Shown here in pieces: positions 14,475 to 28,613 of a stretch of DNA of 64,000 nt (its first letter is position 1; every line of letters starts with the position of its first letter). This stretch comes from Schmidtea polychroa (Eukaryota): contig CM097885.1 of the NCBI GenBank assembly GCA_044892525.1, positions 41,170,001-41,234,000 on the forward strand, in the 5' to 3' direction. The translations under genes were made by a program, and so were the position numbers. The notes under the pieces were generated by a model. That model saw only the letters and a program-made list of their open reading frames with translations, did no database searches and was not told the DNA's origin.

Positions 14475-17069
14475 CAGGGATGGCAAATAGGTTTTTATCA
14501 AAGTGCAAAAATAAACTAAATTTAAATTCAATTTTTTTCGCGTGCCCTCGTAACTTTTATTTGTTATATGTACCTATATATACATTTTTTATTCATTTTT
14601 TATTCATTTTTTTATTCACAAGAAAACAGAAATAAATTTCAATATTTGAGTTCATGTGATAATATTTATTCAATATAAAGAAATAGTAAAAAAAATTATA
14701 AAGTTTAATAATAAATTTAATAAAAAATTCTTAAATTTTGTTAGAAGTTTTTTGCTTCATATTACTTGCAAGGTTTTTAATATCAGAATGGTATGTTGTC
14801 GATTGTAAGGTAATACAAGCTGCTGAGTCTTCTTCTGTTAATCTTTTTCTTGTCTCTGATAGTACATGATTAAGTACAGAAAAAAGACTCTCACAGTAAT
14901 AAGTGGATGCGAAAATGGTTAACATTGCGATTGCTAATTTTTTTACAGAAGCAAATGCTTCTGGCATACTATTCCACACTTCCAATATCAAGTTTTCAAT
15001 GCGGCATTCCGACTCTCCATCCTGTGACAATCGATGATATTCCAATTCTTCTATATTTTTTCGCATATTCACAAATTTTTGTGTCCAAATAGGATTAGAT
15101 TGCAAATCTACTGTCTGCATTTCTAAATTTTCTAATTTCATCCAATTAATAAGGTTGTTATCGAAATCCTGTATATCGAATAAGTCCGGATAATTTACAC
15201 TTTTCAACAGCTTATCAATTCTTTTAAAATCTTTAAATCGATTTGAAAATTGTTCTTTTATAGTTTCAAGAACTTTAGAAAATTCGTAATTAAAATTCCA
15301 ATTAGTTTTTTTGAAAATTGTAGATTCATTTAAAAAACTTTTAAGTTTCGGAAAATTATTATGTTTTCCAGATGCGATATCTCTAGCAAAAATATCTAAT
15401 TTAATTTCAAACCCCTTTATCAATCCAAACATAACTTCAATTGTTTTTCCTCGTCCTTTCAATTTTTTATTAAGAACGTTTAAATGTAATGTTACGTCGG
15501 TAAAAAACATTAATTTTGTTAACCATTCTGTATCATATAATTCTTTAAAACGATCCCTGTCGAATTCGTGTAAAAAAAGTCGAATTTCTTCCAAGCAATT
15601 CACAAATCGTTCTAAGGATGTCGCTCGACTTAGCCAACGTACACTATTGCACATTAAGAGAGTATCGTATTCGCAATCCATATCATTTAAAAGTTTTTTA
15701 AATTGTCTTTTATGCATGTCGCGTGCAACTACAAAATTTATGATTTTATTAACTTGTTCTGACATTTCTTTGAAATCGCTAGTTCCGAATTTCGCACAAA
15801 GAACTTGCTGATGAATAATGCAATGAAAGCCTATTATTGGATGACCAACTAGGTTTTGAAATAAATTAACATAACCTATCTCTGGTCCAGTCATATTAGG
15901 AGCTCCATCTGTCGTTACAGAAATGATTTTTTTAATATTTATTTTAAGTTTGTTTAATTCATTGAATACAACTTCACAAATATCACTACCTCTTGTTCTT
16001 TCTGGGATATTTGCTAATTTTAAAAGTTCTTCGTGCATTTCATTATCTTTCGGATAACGTGCAATGATTGCTAATCGGGCAGATGACTTAATATCTGTTG
16101 ATTCATCGAGGCAAATTGAAATGTAGTCACAGCTATTAACATCGTTGTAAAGTTGATCAGAAATGTTCGCACTTATTTTTAAAATTCTATCTTTAACTGA
16201 ATTTCGGCTTAGCTGGACTTCTCGAATTCTTTGAATAATCTTTTCTTTATTATTAAAATCTTGAAACAAACTTTCGGCCGCTTTTAACATAACCGTTTTT
16301 ACAAACTCTCCATCAGAAAATGGTTTTGATTGCTTAGCAATCAAATAAGAAATTTCAAAACTAGCTTCTGTAACATTGCTGTTGGTTTTTACAAATTTTG
16401 ATAATGAATTCGATTGATTTTCAGCTATCTTTAATCGTTGAGAAATTAGTTCTTTTCTTTCTTCAATATTTTTTTCGGCAATTTCTTTATGGTTGGTTTC
16501 AAAATGTCGCTTAATAGAAGACGTTCGACATACAATAATTTCAGAGCACAGACCGCACCGACTTTTATCTCCATGTTTAACAAAACCGTAATCAGCAGTC
16601 CAAGAGAGTACAAAGCTACGAATATCTTGTAGTTTTGGTTTTTTTGGTACCATTTTAATTCAGCAAAAAATAAATTTTATTTAAAATTAAACACAAATTT
16701 TATTGAACTGCACAAGTTAAAACAAAACTAAAAACTGATGTAAGAATATACAAGACTTATAACACAACCATATACGTATGTACAAAATAACCGTTATTTT
16801 GGCAAATAGGTTTTTATCAAAGTGCCAAAATAAACTAAATTTAATAATTAATTGCGTTATTTAATAACGCAAAGCCAACTAGAGAAAAAAATATAGAATT
16901 CAATTCAAAGCCGTTGATTAAAATTTTGGGTCCAAATTTTTTTTTAAAAAGCAGTAATTATTTTATAATAAGAATTTTTTCTACTTCTTTTTTTAAATTT
17001 CTTAGAGTGCCAGAAGTTTTATGTCTGCGTGCCAAGTTTGGCACGCGTGCCATGTAATTGCCATCCCTG
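14475..17069 (-). mobile_element. Full-length hAT (Buster-type) DNA transposon
   Basis: 12-bp TIRs CAGGGATGGCAA / TTGCCATCCCTG. Perfect 8-bp TSD GTCTAAGC (14467-14474, 17070-17077) with central TA. Confidence 0.97.
14731..16653 (-). CDS. hAT transposase (GTF2IRD2/SPIN/Charlie-like), 640 aa, uninterrupted
   Basis: BED finger (CGLC...KRHFETNH), LDESTD, TTDGA, FHCIIHQ, VRWLS, CESLFS. Confidence 0.95.
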   Translation of the reverse strand: MVPKKPKLQDIRSFVLSWTADYGFVKHGDKSRCGLCSEIIVCRTSSIKRHFETNHKEIAEKNIEERKELISQRLKIAENQSNSLSKFVKTNSNVTEASFEISYLIAKQSKPFSDGEFVKTVMLKAAESLFQDFNNKEKIIQRIREVQLSRNSVKDRILKISANISDQLYNDVNSCDYISICLDESTDIKSSARLAIIARYPKDNEMHEELLKLANIPERTRGSDICEVVFNELNKLKINIKKIISVTTDGAPNMTGPEIGYVNLFQNLVGHPIIGFHCIIHQQVLCAKFGTSDFKEMSEQVNKIINFVVARDMHKRQFKKLLNDMDCEYDTLLMCNSVRWLSRATSLERFVNCLEEIRLFLHEFDRDRFKELYDTEWLTKLMFFTDVTLHLNVLNKKLKGRGKTIEVMFGLIKGFEIKLDIFARDIASGKHNNFPKLKSFLNESTIFKKTNWNFNYEFSKVLETIKEQFSNRFKDFKRIDKLLKSVNYPDLFDIQDFDNNLINWMKLENLEMQTVDLQSNPIWTQKFVNMRKNIEELEYHRLSQDGESECRIENLILEVWNSMPEAFASVKKLAIAMLTIFASTYYCESLFSVLNHVLSETRKRLTEEDSAACITLQSTTYHSDIKNLASNMKQKTSNKI

Positions 17070-17994
17070 GTCTAAGCTCTCGAAAATCTTATGGGAAGTA
17101 TCTTCATTTTCTATACAGTGGATCGTCCATTTAAGTTTTTCTTTTATTTCTGAAATATGCAACTTGAAATATTTTTTATATTAAAGTTTATTGATAATTT
17201 ATTATAATGAGTAGAAATTTGCAAATGACGGTTGAAAAAAGTCATTGTATGTCAATTATCTAATACTTTGAGAATTGAAACTTCAAAGTGTAAATTGGTC
17301 TAATAACAAGTTTTTTTCTGACATTTTTTGTATTTATATTTAGGTTAAAGCCCAGCTGAAAATAAAATAATTTGAACATTTTAACTGATATAATTAATAT
17401 TAATAACTTCTATATTAACTTTATTAGGCCATATGACATTACCACGTAAATTACAAGTAAAACACATAACGATATATTTATTTTAGCATTCAATTAACAT
17501 GAATTTTATTTCATTTTTTAAAAAATGATCAGTTGTTTTAATTGAAAAATATCTGTAATTAATTTATACAGTCGTAGAGAATGGAAAATAAAGAAAAAAA
17601 ATTCTAAATGAATGCTTATGAAAATCCATTCATAATTCACAGATAAGGAGAAAAATTCAAATTAAATCTAACAGAAAATTAAATAACATAAAGGAGTCTA
17701 ATCAAATTTTGATAGATTTTTCTTCTTTTTTTCATTTGACAAAAGAATGAAATTATTCGCGAATTATTCATAAATTATACAATTGGTTTTGATTGGTGAT
17801 AATGCAAAATTTATGTTTAAAAATAGAATTTTATTCCATCAAAGACGAATAAGTTTTTAATATATTTCATGATTATTTCTTAATTTTTTAGCATAGAGTG
17901 AATTAAATTATTATTATTATAAATATTATTATTATTATTATTATAAATATTATTATTATTATTATTATTATTGTTATTATTATTATTATTATTA

Positions 17995-18110
17995 CAGTAA
18001 ACCCTCCAACTGCGCGGTTTTTCATGGCACGGTTTCGCAATTGCGCGGCCAAGTTTTAAATACCAAAATTTCTATCTGTGCGGTAAATATTTCGTAGCTG
18101 CGTGGTTTTT
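17995..18110 (+). mobile_element. pogo/Tigger-like terminal fragment
   Basis: TA+CAGTAAACCCTCC followed by tgcgcgg subterminal repeats. Other end not found. Confidence 0.4.
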
Positions 18111-18301
18111 TTTTGCTGTTTTTGACAAAAAAATCATGTTAATTCATATCGATGAATCATAAAATTTTTGAAAAGGAAAATAGTGATTCCCCGTATTTCG
18201 ATGCATGTATAATTTTTATTTAAAAAGATATTGACAGTTTCATTTGTCTAGTGGTCGTTTTAGGATGAGAATGTGAAATTACATAATTATAAGTGTTTGT
18301 G

Positions 18302-18716
<415 letters not shown>

Positions 18717-19197
18717 ATGGCTTCAAGTGTTAAATGTGATCCTTCAGTTGAAGAATATCTTAACTACATTAAATTACAACACAGATTCCAATATGTGATC
18801 TTTGGACTCAACAAACAGAAGGATAGAATTATTCAATTAGAAACTGGCGAATTAGGTACTCCTTATGAAAAATTCAGATTAAATATGATCGAAACATATG
18901 CTAAAGAAGGTTGCTATGCATTATATGACTATCAGTTTATTTCATGGATACCAGAAACAATGAAAATCAACAGTAGTATGATTATGGCTCGATTAAAATC
19001 TGACGTTGGAATGGGCATGATCCCTGATTGTCGATCTCAAGTTTATTGTGCACAAATGGAAGCAGCTCGATTAACATCTGATATTGGACATGACAGTGAA
19101 ATGGACAAAATGATATTATTCAAAACTGATCGATGTGGCCCTGTAGAGGCGAACAATAAAATTATTCTTCGTTCGATTGGACTTATTCATTGGCGCA

Positions 19198-19202
<5 letters not shown>
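18717..19202 (+). pseudogene. Intronless ADF/cofilin-like copy with internal deletion and non-cofilin C-terminus
   Basis: MASSVKCD...QYVIFGL...CYALYDY|QFISWIPE...SSMIMA matches ADF/cofilin motifs (MASGV, YVIF, YALYD, FISWxP). The usual loop between YDY and FISW is missing. Confidence 0.75.
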
Positions 19203-19236
<34 letters not shown>

Positions 19237-20361
19237 TTTTCTACAATGAGTTAAAGGACATATGAATCCTGTTAGAAAAACCTTGGTGTTAGTATTACTA
19301 ATAAATTAATTTAATTAAAAACTTTATTAATTTTACACTTCTTTTACTTAGACAAAAATATTTTAAATATTTTAAAATTGAGTACAATTGAAACGCATTT
19401 CATGCTTCACGCATCACTTGATATTTGGTACCCGAAATGCTTGGGTGAATATAATAATTACAATTTTTTTGTTTTTAAAAATGGAGTTAAAATTTGAGGA
19501 ATTTTCAATTTTCTTTTCAGAATTTAATAATTTTATTTATTCTAATTACTTTTTTAATATAATTTACTATTATATTTCAAAACGTTATTACTGTAAGAAT
19601 TAGAGGTTATTAAATTCAGCAGAACAGAAAATTTTTGAACAGAAAAAAACAGAAAGAGTTTAGAGGAGCAGTGCATTTCTCCCATTTAAAATGTTTTTAA
19701 AGTCCCGTGTAGATTCTTAAGCTATTTAAATCTCAAGACTGTTTACAGTAAATGGTAATAACATATTAGAATGTAATTGAAAATTAAAGTAACACTAAAA
19801 AAGTGATGATATTATTTTGTCGCATTATTTTTAATTATATTTTAAAATATTTAGTAACTGTAGAAAGGGGAGGGGGCTTCAATATGTTGGAATGAGATCG
19901 TGTTCTTTGATTTTTTGACACCTTAATAATAATTATAATTTATTAATTAAATAATTTAAACTTTGTAAAGTTTATTTTTAGAATATTTAACTCGAAAACT
20001 TAGAGTTTAAAGATTTATTTAAGGAAAATGAAAACATTTAACTAAACAAAATCTATTTAAAAATTTATAAAGTTGTTATATAAATATCAACTAATTTACC
20101 ATGAACGGTTTCGTAAAGGTTTTCAACTAAAAAGTTTTTCTATAATCATTGTGAATATTGCTAATCGTTTTCTTATTAGATATTTTTGTTCTTGTTGCTT
20201 ATTATGTAAGATTTGTCAGTTTCACTGTAAACTTTACGTTTTATTTATGCTATTAATTTTATTATATATACGTATGTCATTAGACATTTTATGGAATTGT
20301 CTATGAGCATTACTTGTGTCAAGAAATTAAATTAAGATGAGCAAAGACAAGATCACATATG

Positions 20362-21262
20362 TGTTTGGTTACTTTTACTGTGACTCCAACGCGTGTTTTT
20401 TAATTCACAATTCAACACTCGAACAGGATAAGCTTTATTAATATTCTCACTGGATCGTACAAATTCCAATTACAATCAATTAACTATAAACCAATTTATC
20501 ACATAGAGCTAATTTCGACACTACGTGAAGAATATCCCTTTCTGTAACCACAGCAATAATCACTAGCTGTCAACCACTCAATTACAGAGCACTTTGATCG
20601 ATTGTTCTCTTTGCTTTGACCACAATTTTATTTACTCCACTTCCACTTTGTATTCAATTTTACAAAAGATTATCGTCACTTCTCGTTTCCCTCTGTTCTG
20701 AACTTTGTTTAATTATCCATTTAATTGTTCCTTTATTTTCTCTCTTTGATTCTACCTTTTAACTCTCTAAATTTTACTCCTTTTAACTCTCGTTTTCTTC
20801 TCTCGTTGTCTCGGTTTTTTCTCTAATTTTTGTCTGATTTCTCGGTCAATATAACTTAATATAACCCGTTTTATTTGTGGCACTTAGAACAGATTTTGTT
20901 TTCCATTTGCATTTTCCTCTGTATTTCCCGCTACGTCAGCCTTATTTCTGACAGATTACGAGATATGCCTTGTTTTTTCCTTTAGATGTTGTGCCAACTT
21001 TTCCTATCTTTGACAGGCTGTCAAGATACGGCTTTCCCCATATTTTGTTTTTCTACAATTTGAAATTCCTCCTTCGTTTGTAGTTTTTAATTAACAATGA
21101 CCTTTGTTTTGATTTCTTTGATTTATCTTTCTCATTTTTCATTTCTTTTTACTTCCATTTTCTTTTCTGATTTCCACATAGATCGTCCCATTTGTCATGA
21201 CGATCTTCCCCCTGGTAATTTATTTATTTATTATTATATTTATTATTTAGGTATCCTCAACA
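20362..21262. mobile_element. Solo LTR (TGTT...AACA) with 4-bp TSD TATG
   Basis: TATG at 20358-20361 and 21263-21266. A homologous inverted copy lies at 53957-54790. Confidence 0.85.
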
Positions 21263-24200
21263 TATGCAAATCAGTGGAAGGTAGAGTTAAAGAATTAAAG
21301 TAATCAACTTTGTGCTTCATAACTTTAGAGAAAGAATAATTATTACTTTTGAAAGTGATGGTCTGAGAGTGCTTTAACATTGTACCGAATCTTTCTTGTC
21401 AAATTTATTTAAATAGATATTTGGAAGTAAAATCCTAATATTTTAACAGGATGAAGAAAGATTCTCAAAGCAGAATATATTATGACATGAAAAGAAGCTA
21501 AAATATATCAACGTCATATCCCAGGATTTATTACCTAATGAAATCTTCGATGAATTTTAATACAAAACCGGTGGTAAGCAGTATTACTCAATGAAAGACG
21601 TTCAGAAATATAGTATACGATGTTTGAGTAGAAGGTGGTGACAATGTTTTTTGATTATAAAGAGAACTGTTGAATTTATTCATGATGGAGTAAAAGCGAA
21701 AAATATTAATTTCAAAATGATTTATTAAATTTTACGGGAAATTCAGTTTAAATAATGTGTAAAATTTATTCAAAAATGTACATTAAAAGTATCAAAATAT
21801 ATAATAGTTTTAGAGATAAAAAGAATTAATAATATAAGTTAACCATGTAATAACTTAAAAAAATAAAATTAATTTTTTAATTAATATTTAAATAAATAAA
21901 TAAATGTGAAATGCTTTTGAGATATTTTCTGTAGGACATTATTTTGGAAATGAGCGAAAAACAAATTTTTGTAGTTAAAATATTTAATAATAATAATTTT
22001 ATAATATTGGAAAGTTTCTCTATCATTAATAATTAATGAAAACAAAAAGTTGCTTAGAACATTTGAGTTTAGCGTCCAGTTTCTGTAATAATTTTGTAAA
22101 TTGTTTAATTACCATTATTTTTTTATTTTAATAATAATTTTAATAATTAAATACTTTAAATAAATATTGAAATAGATTTGTATAAATGTTGTCAGAAAAT
22201 AAGTAGTGTTCAGAATACATTTAAATTTATTTTTATCAATATATATTTATTAATAATATATTTATTACTTAATATTATTTATTATTTAATATACAATTTT
22301 TATTTCCAATTCATTTTAAAACTATAGATTTTGTAGTAAACATTTTCATGAATTATTTATTATTATTATATTTATATTTATCATTCTTTATCAATTAAAA
22401 TAGTTTTATTGATTTGAAAATATAATGTCAATGTCAGCGCTTATTTTAATATTATATAAAAGTGTTGGTATGATATCAAGATTTAATTTTTTAATATCTT
22501 GTTAAATTTAATTCAAAGACTTTTCAAAAATGATTCTCGTCAAGAATTAAAACAAAAATGAATTTAATTAAAAAGGAGATAAAACTATTTTATCTTTGTT
22601 TCTTTTCGGACTGAAGATAAAAGTATAAAAGAGAAAATCCATTAATAAAATACTGTTAGCAAAATATTAAAACAAAAGACCTTTGAACAATAAATCTAAC
22701 AGTACATTTTAGTTATCAATTTTTGAATGTAATAAGTAATTTTTATAATTCAATGGATAAATCTTATAATTTCAAATTTTCAGCTTTAAGTTAGCATTTG
22801 AAATTTCTATATTTGAGTGCATTTTATTAAAACAAAATTAATTAGCCTTTCATTGAATGAGATTTAAAATTCTTTTAAATTCATAATTGATAAATATGTT
22901 TTTGACAACTAACAATCATTGAAAATAATTATTCGATAATATTTTATTATTTATTTCATTGATATGCTAAATTTTTTAAATATTTTTATAAATAAAATAT
23001 TAAATTATTAAACTTAAAATTAAAATTAAAATCAGATTTTGTAAGTTAGAATTAATAAACAAATTATCAATTTTCAATAAATTTGTTTCAAAATAATAAT
23101 GAGTACATTATAAATTTTGAATTTAAAATACTTTTTCACTAAAATCAATTATCTTTTCCAACTTTGATCTGTTAGTTCCACTTTTTGTTCCTATATATTC
23201 TTTGCAGACTAGGTTAATATAAATATACATTTATGTAACATAAATTTTTGACACTGATTTTTAAAGTATTTGCTGACTAATATGAATTTCTTTACTCGAA
23301 TCGAAAGAAAAAAGTGTAATATTTAAAATTTTAGATTAATTTTATTGGTTAAATATTTAATTTTAAAAACATTTTTAACAAATAGAAAAATTGAAGTTGG
23401 TAAAAAAATGAATATTGGTACAAATGTTATTTTTCGTGGGTTAATTTTTTAGGAAATGAATTCTACAGCAGTAAAGTAAAACAAACTCTAAAAGAAATTT
23501 ATGAATCTCACTAATTTACATTCCCAATATAAGATTGCTCACGTTGAATGACTTCATAGTATATTGAGAAATATTTTTACCTGTTGAGGTTATTATTATG
23601 CAAAAATAAAAATGAAGTGCAAATTAAATTAAAAAGTTAAAAATTAATATTTTTTGAGGGAATCTAATATGAGCAGTTATGAATGGAAATTGTGGAACGA
23701 GTACAAATAATATATTTGAAATTAATGGAAGGATTTTTAGACAAAGATGTTTAGATAATACAAAGAGTTATGACAACAATAAAATAATGGGAAAGTTTTA
23801 TATTGGGCTTTAAAATTCAGTTTATTTCAAAGGTAATTGAGAATTACTTTGTTGAATTGAATTATATATTTATATCTAATCTATTTCAGTTTTATAATAA
23901 ATCCAATATTGAATATACCTTAAAGCAGCAAATAGCAACATATTAATATGGAAGGTAACTATTTAAAGTTATGAAACATTCATTTTAAGGAATAATTTCA
24001 AGATTAATTATATCTTATGTTATATCTCTAGTATAACTCATAGTATAGCTGATATCTTTGACTTAGAATGTAAACTTACTCATGCAGCAATAAGTTATGA
24101 TTTTATTTAGCCAATCAGAATGCATTGTGTCAGATGACTCAAATCGCTTTAATAGAATCTACTAATATTAGACAGTAAAATTTGTTTTAATAAATTTTAA

Positions 24201-27200
24201 TTTATATACTTATACCTATTATGAAAATTGGAATTGAAATAAAAAAGTATGATAACAAAAGACAACATAACATCAACTTAGGACATTTATATTCACTCTG
24301 TTTTCTGACAATTATATAAGTAGCATTCAACAGATTTTTAAGCAACGTATTTTTAATAAATTAACATCAACAAAGCGTGTAACAGAATATCAATTATATT
24401 TATATATTAAGAATAATATTAATTATTATAATTAATATTAATCTTTTTAAAATGTGTTTTTCTTATAAACAATTTGATGTATTAATTATTGAATAAGGTC
24501 AAGGTTTTTATCCTCGTGTTAAGAGGTCATTTTGAGTTTTATATAGAAACCCCAGTCCAAATATATTTAAATGATTTTTGACAGATGAGTGAAGTGTGAT
24601 TCAGATTTACAATATTATAAAACAAAAGAATTCCCATCATAAAGTTCTATAAGTTTGCAAACACTAAATTATGCTTATTAATTATTAACCTACTATTTAA
24701 CTCTGAAAATGCCATTACACATTGACAACACTATTTTGAATCATTTAATGCTCGAATACTTTAGGAATAACTTAAATTTTTACATGAACATAGCCACTAT
24801 GGACACTTGAGAATTAATTACAAAAATAGTATATTTAAAAATATATAAATTTATTTTCGTTCTATGACCATCACAAAAATATTCATTGTGCTGAGGACAA
24901 GTTATTGAGCTTCTCTTCTTTGATTCTTTTTCGCATTTATGCCGAAATTCTTTTTTCTTTGGAAATTTTACACTTTTTTTGCATGTTTTTGGAGATTTGC
25001 TTCGTCATTATTCTAAAGAAAAATATGAACTTGGAAGTGATATTCCATTGATAAATGTAAGGGACATTGTCTTAATAATAATGACTATTCTTGTAATTAA
25101 TTATTTTTATACTTATTGTTGATTTAATTTAAATTTATTTGATAAATAAAAGTTGTTTGAGAAGGATTCTTTTAGTTTCAAGTAGTTGCTTACTAAATTC
25201 TCGAATTAAAACAAATAATAACTTTTTCATTAAAATTTGTATAAAACATTTATTGTTCTGAATTCGACATTGTGATTATAAAAATTTTATAAATAATTAA
25301 ACATTGAGGTCGCATGCAGTAAAAGATGAATTTTATGAAGAAATATTAAATGGAAATTAATTAATAAAATTGAATTTTAATTAAAGAAATATTATATATA
25401 TTATATATTCATGTGGTTTGCATTTTGAAACTTAATTTTTTCGTAATTTATTAGTAATTTTTATAAAGAATTTAAGAATTAAATATGACATATTGTAATA
25501 GTTTCAATGCATTTTATCTTTTATATTTGGTAAGAAGTATTATTAATTTAATTAGTAAAACATTTTAAAAATTAAAAATATAAAAATTACACTAGTAAAA
25601 AAAGGTTTCTCAAATTCTTAGATAATATATAAAAAATGTCAAATATGATAAATGGTATTTCTAGTGTAGAAACCTGAAAATCGAGAAAGATTTTAAAAAA
25701 ATAATAATTTGTTTTATTAAAGTGCTGATTTCTAATTATTAAGATATTATTAATCATTGACTTTCGATACACTGATACAAGTAGGGGTGGAAAGTTTACG
25801 GAAAGAATTTCTTTAAATTTCCGTCAACTATAGAATAATTTTAAATTATTAAAATTGTAATAATTTAATAATAATCAAATTGTGTATAAGAATATTGAGA
25901 GACAAAATCATTGTTTCTTCAGTTAAGAAACACAACTGTCAAATTTTGATATTTATTAAATTTAATTCAATTTCATTATGTAATTAATTAAAGAAAGATG
26001 TAAAATTAGCAAACTTGATAATAATTGCCCCCTTAAAGGTTCAATTTCACTGAAATAATCACTAAGAAAAACTTAAAGGTTTTATAAAATTAAATAATGT
26101 AATCTTTCAAATTTAATTCTTTCAGCAATTTTTTTTCTGATTTTCCTTTTTTCATAATCTAATAAAAAAATGTATTTTCAAAGTAAAGTTTGAAATATTT
26201 TGTAATTCCGTATATAGTATTTTTATTCATTTGATAATAATAATAATAATAATAATAATTACCAATAATAATAAATTGTTTAATATTAATAAGTTACTAA
26301 ATGTTTTCTAAAAACGAAATAGAAACAATTGGTTGCTGTAAAATAATATATTATTAGAAATAATTAGTCTTTAAAATTGTTTTGTTCCCTAACGACAATA
26401 TTTTGGCAAAATATAAATATTATACGTAGTATAGAATATTTTATGCAAATGTTGCGTACAAGAAGCAATTAAGTGACATAACAGCAAATTTTTAGTCTAT
26501 CTTTCCAATGGCATTTAATGCACTTTTCAAAATTAAAATCCAAATTCACCACGACGAAATATAAATTACAAATGAAAAGATTTATTCTGCAATTTTTAAA
26601 TTTTAAAGATTTAAATTTTCAATTAAATTTTATATAAGTTTGCCAAATAAAAGCGTAAATATTTCAGCTCAAATTTGACATTTCTAAATTGGTAATACGA
26701 TATTTTAAAGATTTTTAATTTAGTTTTATATAATTTTTATTCGACAATTCTTTAATTTTAAAAATAAAATTAATTGCCAATAATTGAGTAGCTAAAATAA
26801 AATAATGATTGAGGGCAGACATTATTTTCAAGACAACCAAAATTATATTCATACATTTTACAAGTTTATTTTGTTTGAAATGTGTTTGAAAAAACTTTTT
26901 ATAATACATTACTGCCACATTTATATCCGTGATATAATATATATATATTAATATTTATTGACATTCGGCCCACAATAATCCATTATTTTGTTGAAATAAC
27001 TTTCCTATTGTATTAATTTAATTATCCCTTCTAAAGAAAAATTTTAAAGGCAGTGCTGAAAGTTTGTGTAAAATAGAAAAATTGAAAATGGAAAGAAATC
27101 TATAGTCGAATACTTATAAAAAAAGAAAATGAAAAAAGAAAAATAACATTTTAAATTTAAACAAAAAGAAGAACTTCTTGGCTGAAATAGTATTTTTTAT

Positions 27201-27933
27201 TAGTTAATTATTGTTTGAATGTGCTCATTGAAAATTGTTCCAAAATTTATTCTGGAAGGTTTCGTTTCCACGAAAAGGTATGAAAGGAAGAATATTTTAT
27301 CTTCTTATGATTCCTAACCTTTAATACTCTCTGAATTATTATTAATTTAACTATAACCCGCCAAAATGAGTCTTTTTCATGTTTAAATTTCAGCTTTAGA
27401 TAATTAGTTGTTTTATTGCACTAGCAGCGTATTAATCAAAACGCATATTTCTATTTAAAAAACCCATTTTTATATAATTTGTGATAATTTTTATTTAAAA
27501 TATAAATAAATTTCCTAATGGAGGGAAAAGGAACAATTTTATTGTTTACTTAATTAAATATTTTCAATTAAATAACACCTCGGAAATGACTTACTTATTT
27601 ATCTAAATTAAGTTTTCTTATAAATATTATTATAAATATCCTGGAATTTAGTATTTTTCTTCCGAAACATGCATTTCTATCTTTCCTTTATTTCTTTTTC
27701 TTACTTATTATTATTATTATCATCATCATCAATTTTGTCAGTTTATAATTAATTTATTGGGCAACAATGAATTATAACGAGACAAATATTTAAAATATGC
27801 ATTAATAATAAATAAATGATTGACAAATTTGATAAAATGGAAAAAGAAAATTAAAAAGAAAAAGAAAATAGAAAATATTCTGTCAATAAAATCCGAAATA
27901 TGTAAACAGAAATTAGATTAATTACATATTTAT

Positions 27934-28613
27934 TGTCGAACCCATATGTTACGCACGCCCATATCTTACGCAAAAAGAAAAAAATTACTAATACTAATTA
28001 CGTTTTCCTTATTTTAGTTTATGTCATGTCTTTTAAATCTTAGGGGTAAAGTTTTATTTTGTTTTTATAGCTTTTGGCGGGAAAATTTGGAGGGAATTTA
28101 AATCCCGAAAATGAAATACATTTTGACACTAGAAGAAATTGAAAAAATTAAAACTTGTCTAAATCAAGGAAGTAGTTGGATTACTGACTTAGATAGACAT
28201 TCAAAAAGAAATTTTATAAAGAAAGCTGAAAACTTTATTGAAGTGGAAAATAAGCTTTATCTAAAATCAGGAGAATGTAACAAAGATATCATTGCAAATG
28301 ATGATGAAGTTGGCCTGCACAATTTATTTGAAAGATTGCATCTCCCTGACCACACTGGGATGAAAGCAATGTATGAAAACTCAATATAATTGTACGCGGG
28401 CTTCAAAAGGGAAAGAATAACGCGATATGTATCTTCTTGTTTAATATCCAAAATTTAGAAAAACAATAATTAAATTTCATTATTTGATTGCTTTTTATAT
28501 AATATTTTGGTGTTTTTATTGCTTCTTATGCTTTTTTATCTAATTTGTTTCTTTGTGTAGAATAAAAAAATTTTTGCGTAAGATATGGGCGTGCGTAACA
28601 TATGGGTTCGACA
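27934..28613 (+). mobile_element. Ginger-like non-autonomous DNA transposon (TGT termini)
   Basis: About 43-bp perfect TIRs (tgtcgaacccatatgttacgcacgcccatatcttacgcaaaaa) and a 5-bp TSD TTTAT. The internal ORF ends in an integrase zinc-finger-like segment HLPDHTG...*...YVSSC. Confidence 0.8.
28111..28450 (+). pseudogene. Truncated integrase-type transposase N-terminus (H2C2-like)
   Basis: ERLHLPDHTGMKAMYENSI*LYAGFKRERITRYVSSC; no DDE core remains. Confidence 0.65.

Noticed and set aside
15311..15811. Antisense ORFs over the transposase, gag/pol and cadherin exon (also 32275, 33817, 58722-59908)
   Set aside because: Shadow ORFs of real coding strands with no recognisable motifs.
24860..25080. 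Possible piggyBac C-terminal Cys-rich remnant on the minus strand (CPQHNEYFCDGH)
   Set aside because: Too short and frameshifted; no TTAA-bounded TIR identified.
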